DNA of 64,000 nt from Octopus sinensis. Lineage: Eukaryota. Where the stretch lies: positions 145,824,001-145,888,000 of the forward strand of contig NC_042999.1 in assembly GCF_006345805.1 (NCBI RefSeq), given 5' to 3'. Made by a program: the position numbers and the translations under genes. The notes below the pieces were generated by a model. It did no database searches. It saw only the letters and a list, made by a program, of their open reading frames with translations, and was not told the origin of the DNA. Positions 1-12,204 of this stretch are shown in pieces (position 1 is the first letter of the stretch; each line of letters starts with the position of its first letter).

Positions 1-31
1 TTCAGAGAGTCGGTGATAAAAAAGAAAGAAA

Positions 32-90
<59 letters not shown>

Positions 91-808
91 AGTGAGGGAA
101 AGTTAAGAGTTTGTTTTTATGTTACATTTTCCTCCATATTATTCAACGTGCATAACTTTCTTTAAAAGAAAAGCCGCTAGAAAGTACAGCTGCAAAAACT
201 GTTCCGAATAAGAAGGAATCTAAAGAATGCGTTTAGTGAATCTTTGAATATGCATTTATCCATTTATTCATTCTGTTGATACGTCTATTTGCTCCACTAG
301 AAATAGTACCCACATCCCTCTCAAATTGCACCCAACATCATAAAAAAAGAAGGATGCATTGGGTGATATAGTTCTAGATATATTTCTATCTAAAAGATTA
401 GGTTTGTCATGGTGAGAATGTCTTTCAACTTAGGCCTGATGAACAAAGCTTATCCTGGGGTAAACAATAACAGCAACAACAACGATGATGATAACAATAA
501 TAATATTCGTACCAACGGTTTTCTGTTCACTAACCAAATTAATTAAATCTGTCATAAAACTTATTTGCAACTGGGCCATTTAGCTGATATGAATGTAGGT
601 GCTAACACTTAATCTGGTCAACCATGAAATTTCCATTAATTAAAGTTGCACCATTTGTGATAAACTTCGCTCTTGGTTCACTCTGAGTCAAGAAAGGCAG
701 AGAATACAATCCCAAGAATTTGAATTAATTGAAAAAATAAATTACTATCAATTCGATAACATTGCATTTAGCATTTTTGTTTCATCGTCTTCTTTTGTCA
801 TTCCATAG

Positions 809-992
809 TCTACTGTGTGTTAAGGCGACGTTTGCATCCTGTGATGTTGGAGAACTGTGCAGTCTCGAAAACCACACCCAATCATATCAACCGCATTGTA
901 ATGCAGATCAACGAATCGTACACAGCGTTGAGTTTTTCCAACCCGGATATGGAGATCAACCAAATCCCACGGGCACAAATAAAATGTATCCG
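809..992 (+). CDS. ALK: ALK-like exon: end of TM segment, RRR stop-transfer and juxtamembrane region (184 nt, phase 1 to phase 2)
   Basis: Acceptor ...tcattccatAG at 807-808, donor GTaatt at 993. Reads (V)YCVLRRR...INESY...NQIPRAQIKCI(R). The last 28 residues align without gaps to ALK NPNY...KEVPRKNITLIR, and the terminal CG plus the first A of the next exon gives Arg. Confidence 0.85.
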
Positions 993-1385
993 GTAATTAT
1001 AAATTTTCTATTATATAAGAAAGCAACAGATTAAATCAAATTGAATACTGGAAATATTATTGTTCTAAGAGCGGAATAGTGATAAGGTAAAAGGACTCTA
1101 CGCTTCCTCTATCCTTATGTCTGAGAGTGCTGTTGCACGAGGTTGTGTCCAGTAGAATCATGCAGTAAAATGTATGCATAAGTGTATATACATATACATA
1201 TAACTTAGATATGTTTCGGCCAGAAATTGGCCCAGGTCATATCTAACCTCGGATAAATTCTGAATGTAATGCTGAGGTCGTTTGGGCAATGCTGGTGGTA
1301 TATGCTGCACATTGTGTGAAATGTGTAACGGTCACTGCGGCGCAGGAGAGAATAAAGGCCTAATGTTTTAAGGCGGTTTCAATAA

Positions 1386-1620
1386 TTAAGACCAGACATG
1401 CATTTTATCTTTGTACTGAACTCTCTCTGGATGACTCAGATTTTTGTAGCCGTACAATGTAGAAGAAGAGGTGAACGATGGTATTTGTACTCTGTACCGG
1501 AAAGTTCTTAGGCCCCAAGAGTTTATTCTGTGAGTCATATCGATTTTATTATCGATGTAGGCACTCCAACTGAAAATATTGTCAACAATCACTCCTGAGG
1601 TCCTGATAATAATTTTCCCT
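1386..1620 (-). mobile_element. Degenerate CR1/L2-like LINE fragment (post-RT region)
   Basis: Minus frame GVIVDNIFSWSAYID...TLY...SHPE...HVWS resembles CR1 LGV-VD--LSW--HI...LY---VRSHLEY---VWS. Confidence 0.5.
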
Positions 1621-1933
1621 CATTTAACCACATGTTTTTGTCCGCCCATTGACTTAAGGCATGTGGATCAAACTGGAGTTCAGTTCGGTTTTATATAAAA
1701 CAGATGTTTGATATAAATGAACAAGCTGTTTGCGTTTTCACAAAGTTCGAAAAAGGAACGAAAGAGCTAATAATAATGAAGAAATAAAATATTATTTTTC
1801 CAAAATCCTAACTACACATTTTCTCAATATTCAATTTCTGTACATCACACTTAACACTCTATACATACATACATACATACATACATACATACATACATAC
1901 ATACATACATACATACATACGTACGTACGTACG

Positions 1934-1965
<32 letters not shown>

Positions 1966-2035
1966 TATGTATATATATATATACATAGATATATATACAC
2001 ATATATACATACATACATATATATATATATGTGTA

Positions 2036-2084
<49 letters not shown>

Positions 2085-2103
2085 TATATACATACATACA
2101 CAT

Positions 2104-2134
<31 letters not shown>

Positions 2135-2315
2135 GTAATGGTAAGACAAAAAAAGAATGAAAGAGACCTCGATATTATGTAAATATTATATCTGTAACAT
2201 AATATGTCGCAATTATTCGGTTGCCATAATAAAACTCCGACATCCAAAACTCGGAATTTTATTATGCAACCGAATAATTGTCACATTTTATATTACACAG
2301 ACACACAAACACAGA

Positions 2316-2426
<111 letters not shown>

Positions 2427-2450
2427 CATATATATATATATATATATATA

Positions 2451-3115
2451 GGAAGAATTCACAAAAAACAAATGACGAAGACAGGTGATGTAGACAACAA
2501 ACACATGTATTAGTTTAACGCTCGGGAAGTGAAAATATCTTTAACGTTTCTAGCCTACGTGCTTCCACAGAAAAAAAAACACAGAAAGAAACAGGAAGAG
2601 AAAATAAAAAATGTGTAGTGGCTAGTGATCTATCATGGCGAATGCCGGACAGAGGGGACACACAGGAGAGCTAGGTAGAAGGGGAGATAATAAAGTAGTC
2701 GTGATCCCAAAACGAAGGTGCGCGTGCGTATGTATCAGAGAGCATTATGTGCGTGTGGAAGAGGGCTGGTGACTTTGACGTGTGCGTGTGTGCATGTGTA
2801 GGTGTGTGGATGATGGTGTGGGTCTGGGAAGTGGTCAGTACTAGTGTGTGCGTGGTGGTGTGATGTGATGTGGTGTTGTGTGGTATGGTGGTGTATGATG
2901 TTGTGGTGTTTGGTGTCGTGGTGTTGAGACGTGGGGGAGGCGAGAATGGGGAAAGCAAGAGTGGGGTGTGGGTTAGGCTGCGGGTGGGGGTAGATGTGGG
3001 GTATGTAGGAGTGGGTGTAAGGGGTTGGGTAGGTGTGGGATTGGCTGAATAGGGAAGATTGGGTTGTATTGTGTAGGTGTGGGGTTACGAGCGAGGGGTG
3101 ACGATAAAGAAGAGG
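2451..3115 (-). mobile_element. Penelope-associated repeat carrying a degenerate minimal hammerhead-like motif (2539-2574) and a GT/G-rich low-complexity arm
   Basis: 2451-2645 is near-identical to 41975-42166 and, inverted, to 57590-57740; starts at a (TA)n tract. Confidence 0.6.
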
Positions 3116-3778
3116 GGGATGTTATTTCATTATCTTTAACTCTAGGTCAGCCCGATTTAAAAAAATCTCTTAGTCGGAAAGCAATGCCACTGAGCCTTTG
3201 TAAGCCTCAGTTACCAATATGATGGAAGGAGAAATCTGTCACTAAACCAGAGATCGAACCTGAATGTTTGCAACAGAGTGGAATCCGCTAAAGGCATATA
3301 TTCAGCTTCACATGATCAGATGATGTTAAACGAAATGAACGATTAGGTTATAACGGGATTCATAGCTAAATACATCGCCAGATATTTTATCTGGCACTTT
3401 AACGATTCTTTTAAATCACCGCCTTCAAAGTTGATCCCGTTGGGCTTTTAGTAAACACGAGTTGCAACAGATTTAACCGACGTTCGACCGATTCTGCTAT
3501 ACTTATTTGCATTAGTAGTAACAATAAGAGAGGTTAGTTTTTCCCTTAGGAATTTTAATATTCTTCTTTTTTCTTTTAACAAGTAGCAAGTATATCGATC
3601 GGTTACTTGACTGACAGAAAAAAGTGACTGCTACATTAACCAGACAGAAAAAAAATGTAGACGCCTTCCTCATGGCCCACAATCATTTTTTGTTCTTTTG
3701 CATATACAATAAACAATATATTATGCCAAAACTAAACAAATTTGTCGCTTCATGAGAACAATATTTCTGTATTTTTAG

Positions 3779-3869
3779 ACATATTGGTCGAGGTGCATTC
3801 GGTGAAGTGTTTCAAGGAATAATATTACCAAATAATAGAGAACAGTTACCACCAAAAGTGGCTATAAAG
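3779..3869 (+). CDS. ALK: ALK-like exon: kinase subdomains I-II (91 nt)
   Basis: Acceptor tttttAG at 3777-3778, donor GTaag at 3870; (R)HIGRGAFGEVFQGIILPNNREQLPPKVAIK contains the Gly-rich loop and catalytic Lys. Confidence 0.95.
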
Positions 3870-5149
3870 GTAAGATATTTTCTACTAATTAACAGTAATT
3901 GTGTAATATATTTTGTTAAGCAATCTCACAAAATATAAATTACAGTAAACACGATCAAAGTTACGAAACAAAAATGTCTTTCGATTTTATGAGAGACAAG
4001 TTTCATTAATCAAAAAAAAAATGGTATGATTTCTCATTATTCTCGGTAATAGCATATAGATAGTTGTTAGGTAAAATATTTATAATCAGCCGGATCAGTC
4101 AGTTCTTAACAGAAACGCTATAGGATTTGAAACATTATTTCTTTAATCCTTCGTGGATTTTATGTAGGAGGATATAAGATAAAACTGCATCAAACAGCTA
4201 TCAAACTCATAGCAAACATTTATGTATGCATACACCATGTAGTTGTATATGTATACATGCATATGCGTATGTATGTATGTATGTATGTATGTATGTATGT
4301 ATGTATGTATGTATGTATGAATGTATGTATGTATGTATGAATGTATGTATGTATGTATGTATGTATGTATGAATGTACGTATGTATGTATGTATGTATGT
4401 ATGTATGTATGTATGTATGTATGTATGTATGTATGCATGTATGTATGTTATATATATATATATCGTATCATATAATAAATGCAAAAACCAATTTCTGTGT
4501 GTCAGTGTGTCACACTTTGAACCCCCTCTCTCACTATTCCTCGTGCTGAGGTGAGAATAATAGTAGGCATAAAGACGGTGAAGGCGGTGGCGAAGACAAA
4601 GAGAGAGAGGGGGAGTCAGAGAGAGAAAGAAAAAGAGAGGGAGAGAAAAAGACACAAAGAAATTTAGGGAGAGTTGATGTTTTATTAAATGTAGTAGTGT
4701 TCATGGTGGCAGTGGGAGTAATAATAAGTGTGAAAGAAAGCGGGAGTGAACACTGAACCAGTATGTTGAACTAACATACTGAATACTGATGTGAATGGTG
4801 TGATAAAAATAGTATGAGCTGTAGTTGTGATAGAGGCGGAGGCGGCGGTGATGATGGTGGTGGTGGTGGTGGTGGTGGTGATGGTGATTACCGAGGCGGT
4901 CAGGGATGACAGTGAGAGCAAGCGATGTGGAAGACAGAGGTGATGGTGGTGGAAGGCAAGGTGGCGAAGTCAAAGGTGTTGATGGTGGTGGCGTCAGAAG
5001 TCTGAACGGTGTATGCGGCAGATGTGGTGGCGATGGTGGTGGTACTGTTTACCATGCAATAAGTTCCAAGTCGACAAATTATATCATTCTATTGATAGAA
5101 ATTGTTCATTGCTTGGAAAAAATATATATATGTGTTTGTCTCTCTACCA

Positions 5150-5335
5150 TCGTTTGATAATCGATGTTGGTGTGTTTACATCTCTGTAAGTTAGCGGTTC
5201 GGCAAAGGAGAACGATAGAATAAGTACCAGGCTAACAAAAAGTAAATCCAAGGGTCGATTTCTTCAAGTAAAGGGCGGTGCTCCACCATGGCCACAGTCA
5301 CAATGACTGAAACAATTCAAAGAATAAAAAATAAA
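5150..5335 (+). mobile_element. SINE family A, 3' half
   Basis: gatgttggtgtgtttac...gcggttcggcaaagg...gatagaataagtacc...ggtgctccaccatggccacagtc...gactgaaac matches the 3' half of the full copy at 20332-20745. Confidence 0.8.
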
Positions 5336-5338
5336 AGA

Positions 5339-5401
<63 letters not shown>

Positions 5402-5530
5402 ATGAAGGCAATCAGACACGTAAAACTGCATGAAGACCTAAGCGTGTGTGCGTGTGTGTGTGTGAGCGCGCGCGTATGCATGTAGCTGTATACATGTATA
5501 TATGTATATATATACATGTGTATATATATG

Positions 5531-5573
<43 letters not shown>

Positions 5574-5603
5574 TGTGTGTGTGTGTGTATGTGTGTGTGT
5601 GTA

Positions 5604-5636
<33 letters not shown>

Positions 5637-5935
5637 CACATGATCACGTGACCGACCAGGCTATCAGATGTTGTTACACATCGCTGGTCACAATGTGCTT
5701 CGGATTGATTTAGCCTTCAAATGATGCCACCCCGCTGGCTAAGTGAGCAGGCCAACAGAAGAAAGAGAAAGAGAAACTGGTGGCGAAAGAGCACAGCAGG
5801 GATCGCCACCACCCCCTGCCGGAGTCTCGTGAAGCTTTAGGTGTTTTTGCTCAATAAACACTCACAACGCCCGGTTTGGGAATGGAAACCGCGACCCTAC
5901 AACCACGAGTCCGCTGCCCCAACCATTGCGCCTCC
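5637..5935 (-). mobile_element. tRNA-derived SINE family C2 (probably octopus OR-type)
   Basis: Reverse complement starts ggaggcgcaatggttgggg... like the copy at 6724, shares head and body with it, but has the tail ...gatagcctggtcggtcacgtgatc; sister copy at 60565-60857. Confidence 0.85.
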
Positions 5936-5971
5936 ACACACACACACACACACACACATATTATTATATAT

Positions 5972-6029
<58 letters not shown>

Positions 6030-6106
6030 TGGAATAAATTATTATTCCAGCCTTACAGGTAAATTTCACTATAATAATATTAGACCGAATTTCGTAATAT
6101 ATAATA

Positions 6107-6445
6107 TCTATTATATAAAATCCGTCCTGTCTGTCTGTGTGTCTTCTAGGATCTCGGGCATCCATCGTCCGATTTCGCTCAAATTTGATATGTAGACACC
6201 GACGGTATCAGGGCGTGATCAAGTCTTGAAAAAATTACAAAAATCCATTCCAGGTGAGAATGCGATCGATAAAGCCATGGGAACGTGCATTTGTACGCGC
6301 AAGTACATCAGCTGTTGCGATCGATACTACGCGTACGCGAGAAAAATGCACGTGCAGTTTGCGCAAAAAAGCCGGTTGGCTTGAAATAATGCCACAAAAT
6401 GCAGTATATTTAAGAGACCAAAAAAGTAAGATGTTGTTAGACACA
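6107..6445 (+). mobile_element. Non-autonomous Helitron-like element, 5' part
   Basis: Begins A|TCtattatataaaatccgtcctgtctgtctgtgtg...ccgatttcgctcaaatttg, resembling Lep1-type non-autonomous Helitron 5' ends; no terminal hairpin-CTAG found. Confidence 0.5.
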
Positions 6446-6454
6446 TATTGAGAT

Positions 6455-6615
6455 GGTCTGAATTATCGACTCCAGTACTCAAATGGTACTTATTTCGCAA
6501 CACTGAAAGAATGGAATGCAGAGTAGACCTCAGCTGCATTTGAACTCATGAACGTATTATCGGAATATACATCGCTAAAAAATTTGCCCGATGCGTAACA
6601 ATTCTGTCAGCTCGA
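6455..6615 (-). mobile_element. SINE family B, degenerate
   Basis: tcgactccagtactcaaatggtacttattt...tttgaactca...ctgtcagctcg matches the family B copies at 53701-54165. Confidence 0.7.
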
Positions 6616-6723
6616 ATATTAGAATGAAATATTCTCAAGATCCTCTATTTAGACCACCTTCAAATAAACACCAAAATATGTTTTTGCACTGCAGCTTTGC
6701 ATACTGTATCATACCATGTATGT

Positions 6724-7107
6724 GGAGGCGCAATGGCCCAGTGGTTAGAGCAGCGGACTCGTGGTCATAGGATCGCGGTTTCGATTCCCAGACCGGGCGT
6801 TGTGAGTGTTTATTGAGCGAAAACACCTCAAAAGCTCCACGAGGCTCCGGCAGGGGATGGTGGTGATCCCTGCTGTACTCTTTCACCACAACTTTCTCTC
6901 ACTCTTACTTCCTGTTTCTGTTGTACCTGTATTTCAAAGGGCCGGCCTTGTCACTCTCTGTGTCACGCTGAATATCCCCGAGAACTACGTTAAGGGTACA
7001 CGTGTCTGTGGAGTGCTCAGCCACTTACACGTTAATTTTACGAGCAGGCTGTTCCGTTGATTCGGATCAACCGGAACCCTCGTCGTCGTAACCGACGGAG
7101 TGCTTCC
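6724..7107 (+). mobile_element. Full-length tRNA-derived SINE family C1 (probably octopus OR-type) with 14-bp target-site duplication
   Basis: A-box-like tggcccagtggttag and B-box-like ggtttcgattccc; TSD atcataccatgtat at 6708-6721 and 7108-7121. Confidence 0.9.
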
Positions 7108-7643
7108 ATCATACCATGTATATATTCCCTCTCAATTTTTTTCTAAAAATGTATTAACATTATTTAAAGATACTTTATTTTACTGAAATGCTTCTGTATT
7201 TTTCCTTCATTCGGATATAATTTACAATATGACTTATATTCAACAATCAAATAAAATATCTTTCACATACATACACACATATACACATTAGTATATACAA
7301 ACACATACACGTACAATATGAAGGCACTGGAATGGTATCAATGCAATTTATATCGGAGGTCACGATCAGGCCGTTACACCAGAGAACCGTGATCTTAACA
7401 GAGAATTTACAAAGAAAAACCAAATTTGTCTCTATAAATATTATATGCCTTCACACATATTCATGACAGAGCAATTTTCTTCAGTGTATCATATACATGA
7501 TATACAGGACATCGGAATTACATTAGTCTCAGTGTATATTCAAAGAAACGATAGCATATCAAAAGAGCAAAACAGAAAACGTATGCATACCTACATATGT
7601 GTGTATGTATGTATGTGTGTGTGTGTGTGTGTTGTGTGTGTGT

Positions 7644-7679
<36 letters not shown>

Positions 7680-7846
7680 GTTGTACGTATGCGTGTATCT
7701 ATAGAAAACTATAGAAAACAGAGAGGCATTGAGTATTTTACAGGAAAAACGCAACACAAACGAACGTGACCATGTTCACTTTCTCAATTAATTTTTGGCC
7801 GGATATACCACGATTCCAAACTCTCTCTTTCTCTCTCGCTCTCTTT

Positions 7847-7892
<46 letters not shown>

Positions 7893-9159
7893 ATCTATCT
7901 GTAAGTACAAACACACATACATATACTTATATATATGTATATCAAGCATACATGTGTCCCTGAGTACGCGTATAAATTTATGTTTGACTTTAGAGGAAAA
8001 AGAAAGCTGTAGAAGTGAGAGTGTAAATGTTTGTATTGTATTGCTGAAACTTTTACATGTTCTCAGACATTCGCATAAGCATCTGTTCGCCTTTGAAATA
8101 TAATGGAAAATAATATGCAAAGCATGTTCTTCTATCGAAGGAAGTGCGTATTGTTCAAAGACAGGACCTGAAAAGAACCTATGTGGTTAGTAGCTGTTCA
8201 TGTTAGTTCATGTTAGTTCATGTTAGTTGCATTCCCTCGTTTCACTGGATGAAACATGTAGCAGTTAAATGGTCCAGTGCGTCAGCTTGATAATGTGTTG
8301 TATGAATAAGAACAATATTTTTCACATTTTCTTTACACCATTAATGATATTAAGATAAGTATGGAGTTTCTTGTAAGGCAATAATAATGATGACGCATCA
8401 ATGAATTCTATAAATTGGATAGTTAATTAGGCTTTTCCATTGTCGCAATATAAGTTTTAGTGATATCGATAAATAGTTTATAATATCCTTCGATTCACGT
8501 CTGTTATATTTATTAAATGTATGCTGCATTTAACATAACAGTTCTTCACTCATATGTCACTTGAATGAAATCGATTGTAATTGTAACCAGTTATGTCATA
8601 GTTTATTTGTATTTAGACTAAACATTTGTATTTCCTAGATTTTACCATTATAAGTAATATTCACTGCGTGGTCAATACTACTTGGTAGCTCTTAAATAGT
8701 AAAGCTGGGCAGAATGTGTCTGTAGTTCTCATCCTTCTGAAACGTTTTGTGTGTTCTCGAAAAATTTCGGACACGTAGCATCAAGTCGACCAAAAAGTGA
8801 TTTCTGAGTCGAGCATTCAGACAAAAAGGGACGAATACTCTCTATACATATTCGGAAGAAAGCTAGCCTTGATGACATTGAATTACTTGATTACAAAATA
8901 TTCTACTCTTGCCTCTAGTGTGCAGGAAAATTTTCTTACAATAAGCAACATAGAAACTTTTGGATACCTTAACGTTACTGACTGCCCTGACTTGTGAATC
9001 ATCGTTGGAATAAATTGGCAGATGGCTTTATTCATCATTAATAGTCATATAATAAGTCTTCTTTACACTGGAAAACACCGACTTCAGTTGCAGCACTCGC
9101 CACGAATCTAGACCAGACTTGTGCATCACACTGTTGATGAGGTATGAGAGCAAGATCAT

Positions 9160-9280
9160 ACCGATAGAATAAGTACTAGGCTTACAAAGAATAAGTCCTG
9201 GGGTCGATTTCTTCGACTACAGGCGGTGCTCCAGCATGGCTACAGTCAAATGACTGAAAGAAGGAAAAGAGTAAAAAAGA
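9160..9280 (+). mobile_element. SINE family A, 3' tail
   Basis: ccgatagaataagtactaggcttacaaagaataagtcctggggtcg...gactgaaag matches 20620-20745. Confidence 0.8.
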
Positions 9281-9289
9281 TGAATTCAT

Positions 9290-10025
9290 TGCTCAATGTG
9301 ACTTCTTTTAATTGATAAAGCAAGGTTTGAATGGAGATAACTTTTTCTGTTATTTCTGGTGAGTCGGCTGTGTAGAGGCTGCTTCACATATTTGCTTGCG
9401 TAGCTTTATATTCTGGTAACATTTAGAGCTGAAGCAGATTTAGTCCCAACTAGTAGCTGCTTCTCGTTCTAGTTCTTCTGTATTTTGGTTTCCATTATTG
9501 TACAATCTCATGGGTTAATGTAACTAATGACGTTGTAACTATTTGTGTGTGTAAGTGCTCTTGTGTTTCTCTGAACTAAGTAGATGAGATAGTGTTTCTG
9601 AAAATGGTGTTGTAGCCGCAGGATGTGTGTATGCTTTTGTGCATGGTGGTTTTCATGAAGTGTCGGAGCTTGAACTATTCTGCTCATATTTTCAGGTGTG
9701 TATCATATTTATATTTTATTGTAATTTATTGAGGTTTTTTAAATAGAAGGACTAAGGTCCATGCAAAGCTGGTGCAATGTACGATGGCTCTACTGTTTGT
9801 ACTCCAATTTCTTTGTTATGGAGCCATCTCTTTTTTTTATAGAGCTGGGTTTCTGAGTATTTGATGTAAGCTTACAGAAGCCGTGCAGCTGTGTCCTGAT
9901 GATCACAGAAGGATGTGAGAGTAATATTATCTGCATTGATTGTACATTTTGGGATACGTATAAGAAGGTCGCGTAGGTAAAGGTTAACAGAGTAGGTAAG
10001 AAGGTTGGTATTCTAGTCGTACAGC
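9290..10025 (-). mobile_element. Degenerate non-LTR retrotransposon RT fragment (Jockey/I/CR1-like)
   Basis: With one frameshift the minus strand reads LPTL(F)NLYLRDLLIRIPKCTINADNITLT, i.e. RT motifs SPxLFNxY..D and (Y)ADD. Confidence 0.55.
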
Positions 10026-10029
10026 ATTT

Positions 10030-10225
10030 TGTAATAATGATTTCAATTTTGGGGCACAAGGCCAGTAATATCGGGGGAGGGGTAAGTCGTTTACATTGAC
10101 CCCAGTGTTCCACTGGTACTTATTTTTTATTGATCACCTTGGCATTTGAACTCAGAACATGAAAGCAGACGAAATACTGCTAAGCATTTTATCCGGCTTG
10201 CTAACGATTCTCGCCACCTTTCAAC
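10030..10225 (-). mobile_element. SINE family B (internally deleted)
   Basis: cattgaccccagtgttccactggtacttattt...gaactcagaac...gaaatactgctaagcattt...ctaacgattc. Confidence 0.75.
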
Positions 10226-10254
10226 GTTTTGTAATATTACAGATTCTGCATCAT

Positions 10255-10460
10255 GCAGCGAGCTGGCAGAATTGTTAGCACGCCGGGAAAAGGGTTAGTT
10301 GCATTCACATTCTGAGTTCAAGTTCGGCCGAGGTCGACTTAGCTTTTCATCATTTCGAAGGTCTGTAAAATAAGTACTAGTTGAACACTGGTGTCAATGT
10401 AATCGACTTACTCGCTTCTTTGAAATTTCTGGCCTTGTGCCGAAACTTGAAATTTGCAAG
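10255..10460 (+). mobile_element. SINE family B (tRNA head plus Meta-domain-like core)
   Basis: gagctggcagaattgttagcacgccggg...ctgagttcaagttcggccgaggtcgacttagcttttcatcatttcg...aaaataagtactag; assignment to the Meta domain is from recall. Confidence 0.8.
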
Positions 10461-10693
10461 TGTTGTTTTTGGATACAACATAGGTTTGACAATGTGAAAG
10501 TTTACTTTGTTAGTGATTATATCGTTTCTTAAAAAAAAGCATTATTTTAGATATAGATTGCTTGAAGTTGGGAGCGTGTAAGGGCACGAAAAGTGATTGA
10601 AAAAACAAAGATTGTGCTACAAAAATCTCCAGGCCAGATTGTAAAAGACGAAGACAAAAGAGTGGAAGAAAACGGGATATGCACAGGTACACA

Positions 10694-10732
<39 letters not shown>

Positions 10733-11153
10733 GCACACACACACTCATACGTACAAACACACTCGAGCTAAGTGTATATATTTATGAAAGTATAAACACA
10801 TGCATTTGAAAGTAAAAACAAGACGAAACGGTAAAGAAGACAAAAGGCATAGTTGAAAACATTACACTCGAAACACAAACCTATATCATTTCCTTTCACT
10901 GTGTACAATGTTATATATTACAAACTTCAAAATAGAGAATTACATGTAAATGTCACCACACATACACAGCTGTGTGTGTCGGCAAGCGAGTGTGTGAGTG
11001 TAACAGTGTTCATACTCATACACACGTAGTGTTGACATGTATATGTATATATATATACATCATACTCGCATATACATAGACTTATATATATTAGAAATAT
11101 ATATATTACATCTCACGTGGGGATAATCGAAATTCCTCCCTTTCTGTTATTAC

Positions 11154-11191
<38 letters not shown>

Positions 11192-11691
11192 ATGTTGAAG
11201 TTGGAAAATAATATTAGAGACAAAAGTTACAGTTACTCTTAACATACTCGGCAGAAAGGCCGAAGTGTGAAGTGCTTATTAATATCAAGAATGCAAACAT
11301 TCTCACTACTATGAATGTTGCTCTCACTGGATAATTTATACTTTAATGATTATAGATATTAGCTTCAGATATCGAAACATCAGCATGACGCTGGGCTAGA
11401 ACTGTAAAACAAAAAAAAACACGAGTGAAAGAATATGACGCTATCATAAGGTCACGAGAAAATTTTAAAAATTATAAACCTACAAAATTTCGGAAGAAAA
11501 ATCCAATAAAATCGTAGAAAAGCTTTGAGGAATAATAAAAACGAATGAATCCAATAACTGGAGATAGGACGAGAAGAGTAATTCTGTAAAATAACAGATG
11601 GTAAATGTGCAATGTCAATATTGCATAAAAATTGCAAATATATCATTGAAAAGTTAAATATAAATGAATGTGTATGTGTATGTGATTATTG

Positions 11692-12145
11692 TTTCAAGAT
11701 TTCTTGCGAACCGGTTTCTAACCTAGATCCAAGGGACCTTCATTGGAATTTCAACATCAAAAATGTGCAGATTTCTATGTTTGCAGTCTCATGCATATAG
11801 TTGCATATCTAATCACGTTTAAATGATAAACGGAGGGAAAGTTTTACAGATTTTTACAGTTCCAGTAATAGATTGGATCTGTAGTCTTTGCATTAACTTT
11901 CTCCTTTCTGGTTTTGAGAAGCCTAATTTCTCAAGATTGGTATTTAGGCAGTGTGTTACATATCCAAGGGTCCTAATAATTAGAGGTATAAACCTGAACA
12001 CGTAATCTGGATAAAGTAACTGCAGATTTCTCAGTAGTTCAGCATAGGTGTTCTCTTTTTCCCTGATCTTCAGTTTTATGTTAACATCCACTGGGCAGCT
12101 AATTTCCACAACTGTGCACAGTTTCCCTTCTCAATCCCAAAACAT
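11692..12145 (-). mobile_element. 5'-truncated RLE-type non-LTR retrotransposon (C-terminal endonuclease plus 3' UTR)
   Basis: ORF 11819-12109 VEISCPVDVNIKLKIREKENTYAELL...FIPLIIRTLGYV is a PD-(D/E)xK restriction-like endonuclease C-terminus; 3' UTR 11692-11818. Confidence 0.85.
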
Positions 12146-12204
12146 TGTATCAGATCTGTTGTGTTTATAGTTTATTGAGGTTTCCACTGAGACTTATGAG
12201 TGTA

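Noticed and set aside
762-1034. ORF-track 90-aa ORF as a protein
   Set aside because: It is an alternative frame over the real exon 809-992; only the YCVLRRR frame gives the phases and homology needed to join the kinase exon.
6724-6800. tRNA gene
   Set aside because: A- and B-box-like motifs are present, but there is no full cloverleaf; it continues into a SINE body and is flanked by a TSD. The same holds for the other SINE heads.
8300-9150. Possible CR1-like relics here and near 14900-15300 and 25500-25990
   Set aside because: Only short motif echoes (DLGIIV, HLEY); too decayed to delimit without a profile search.
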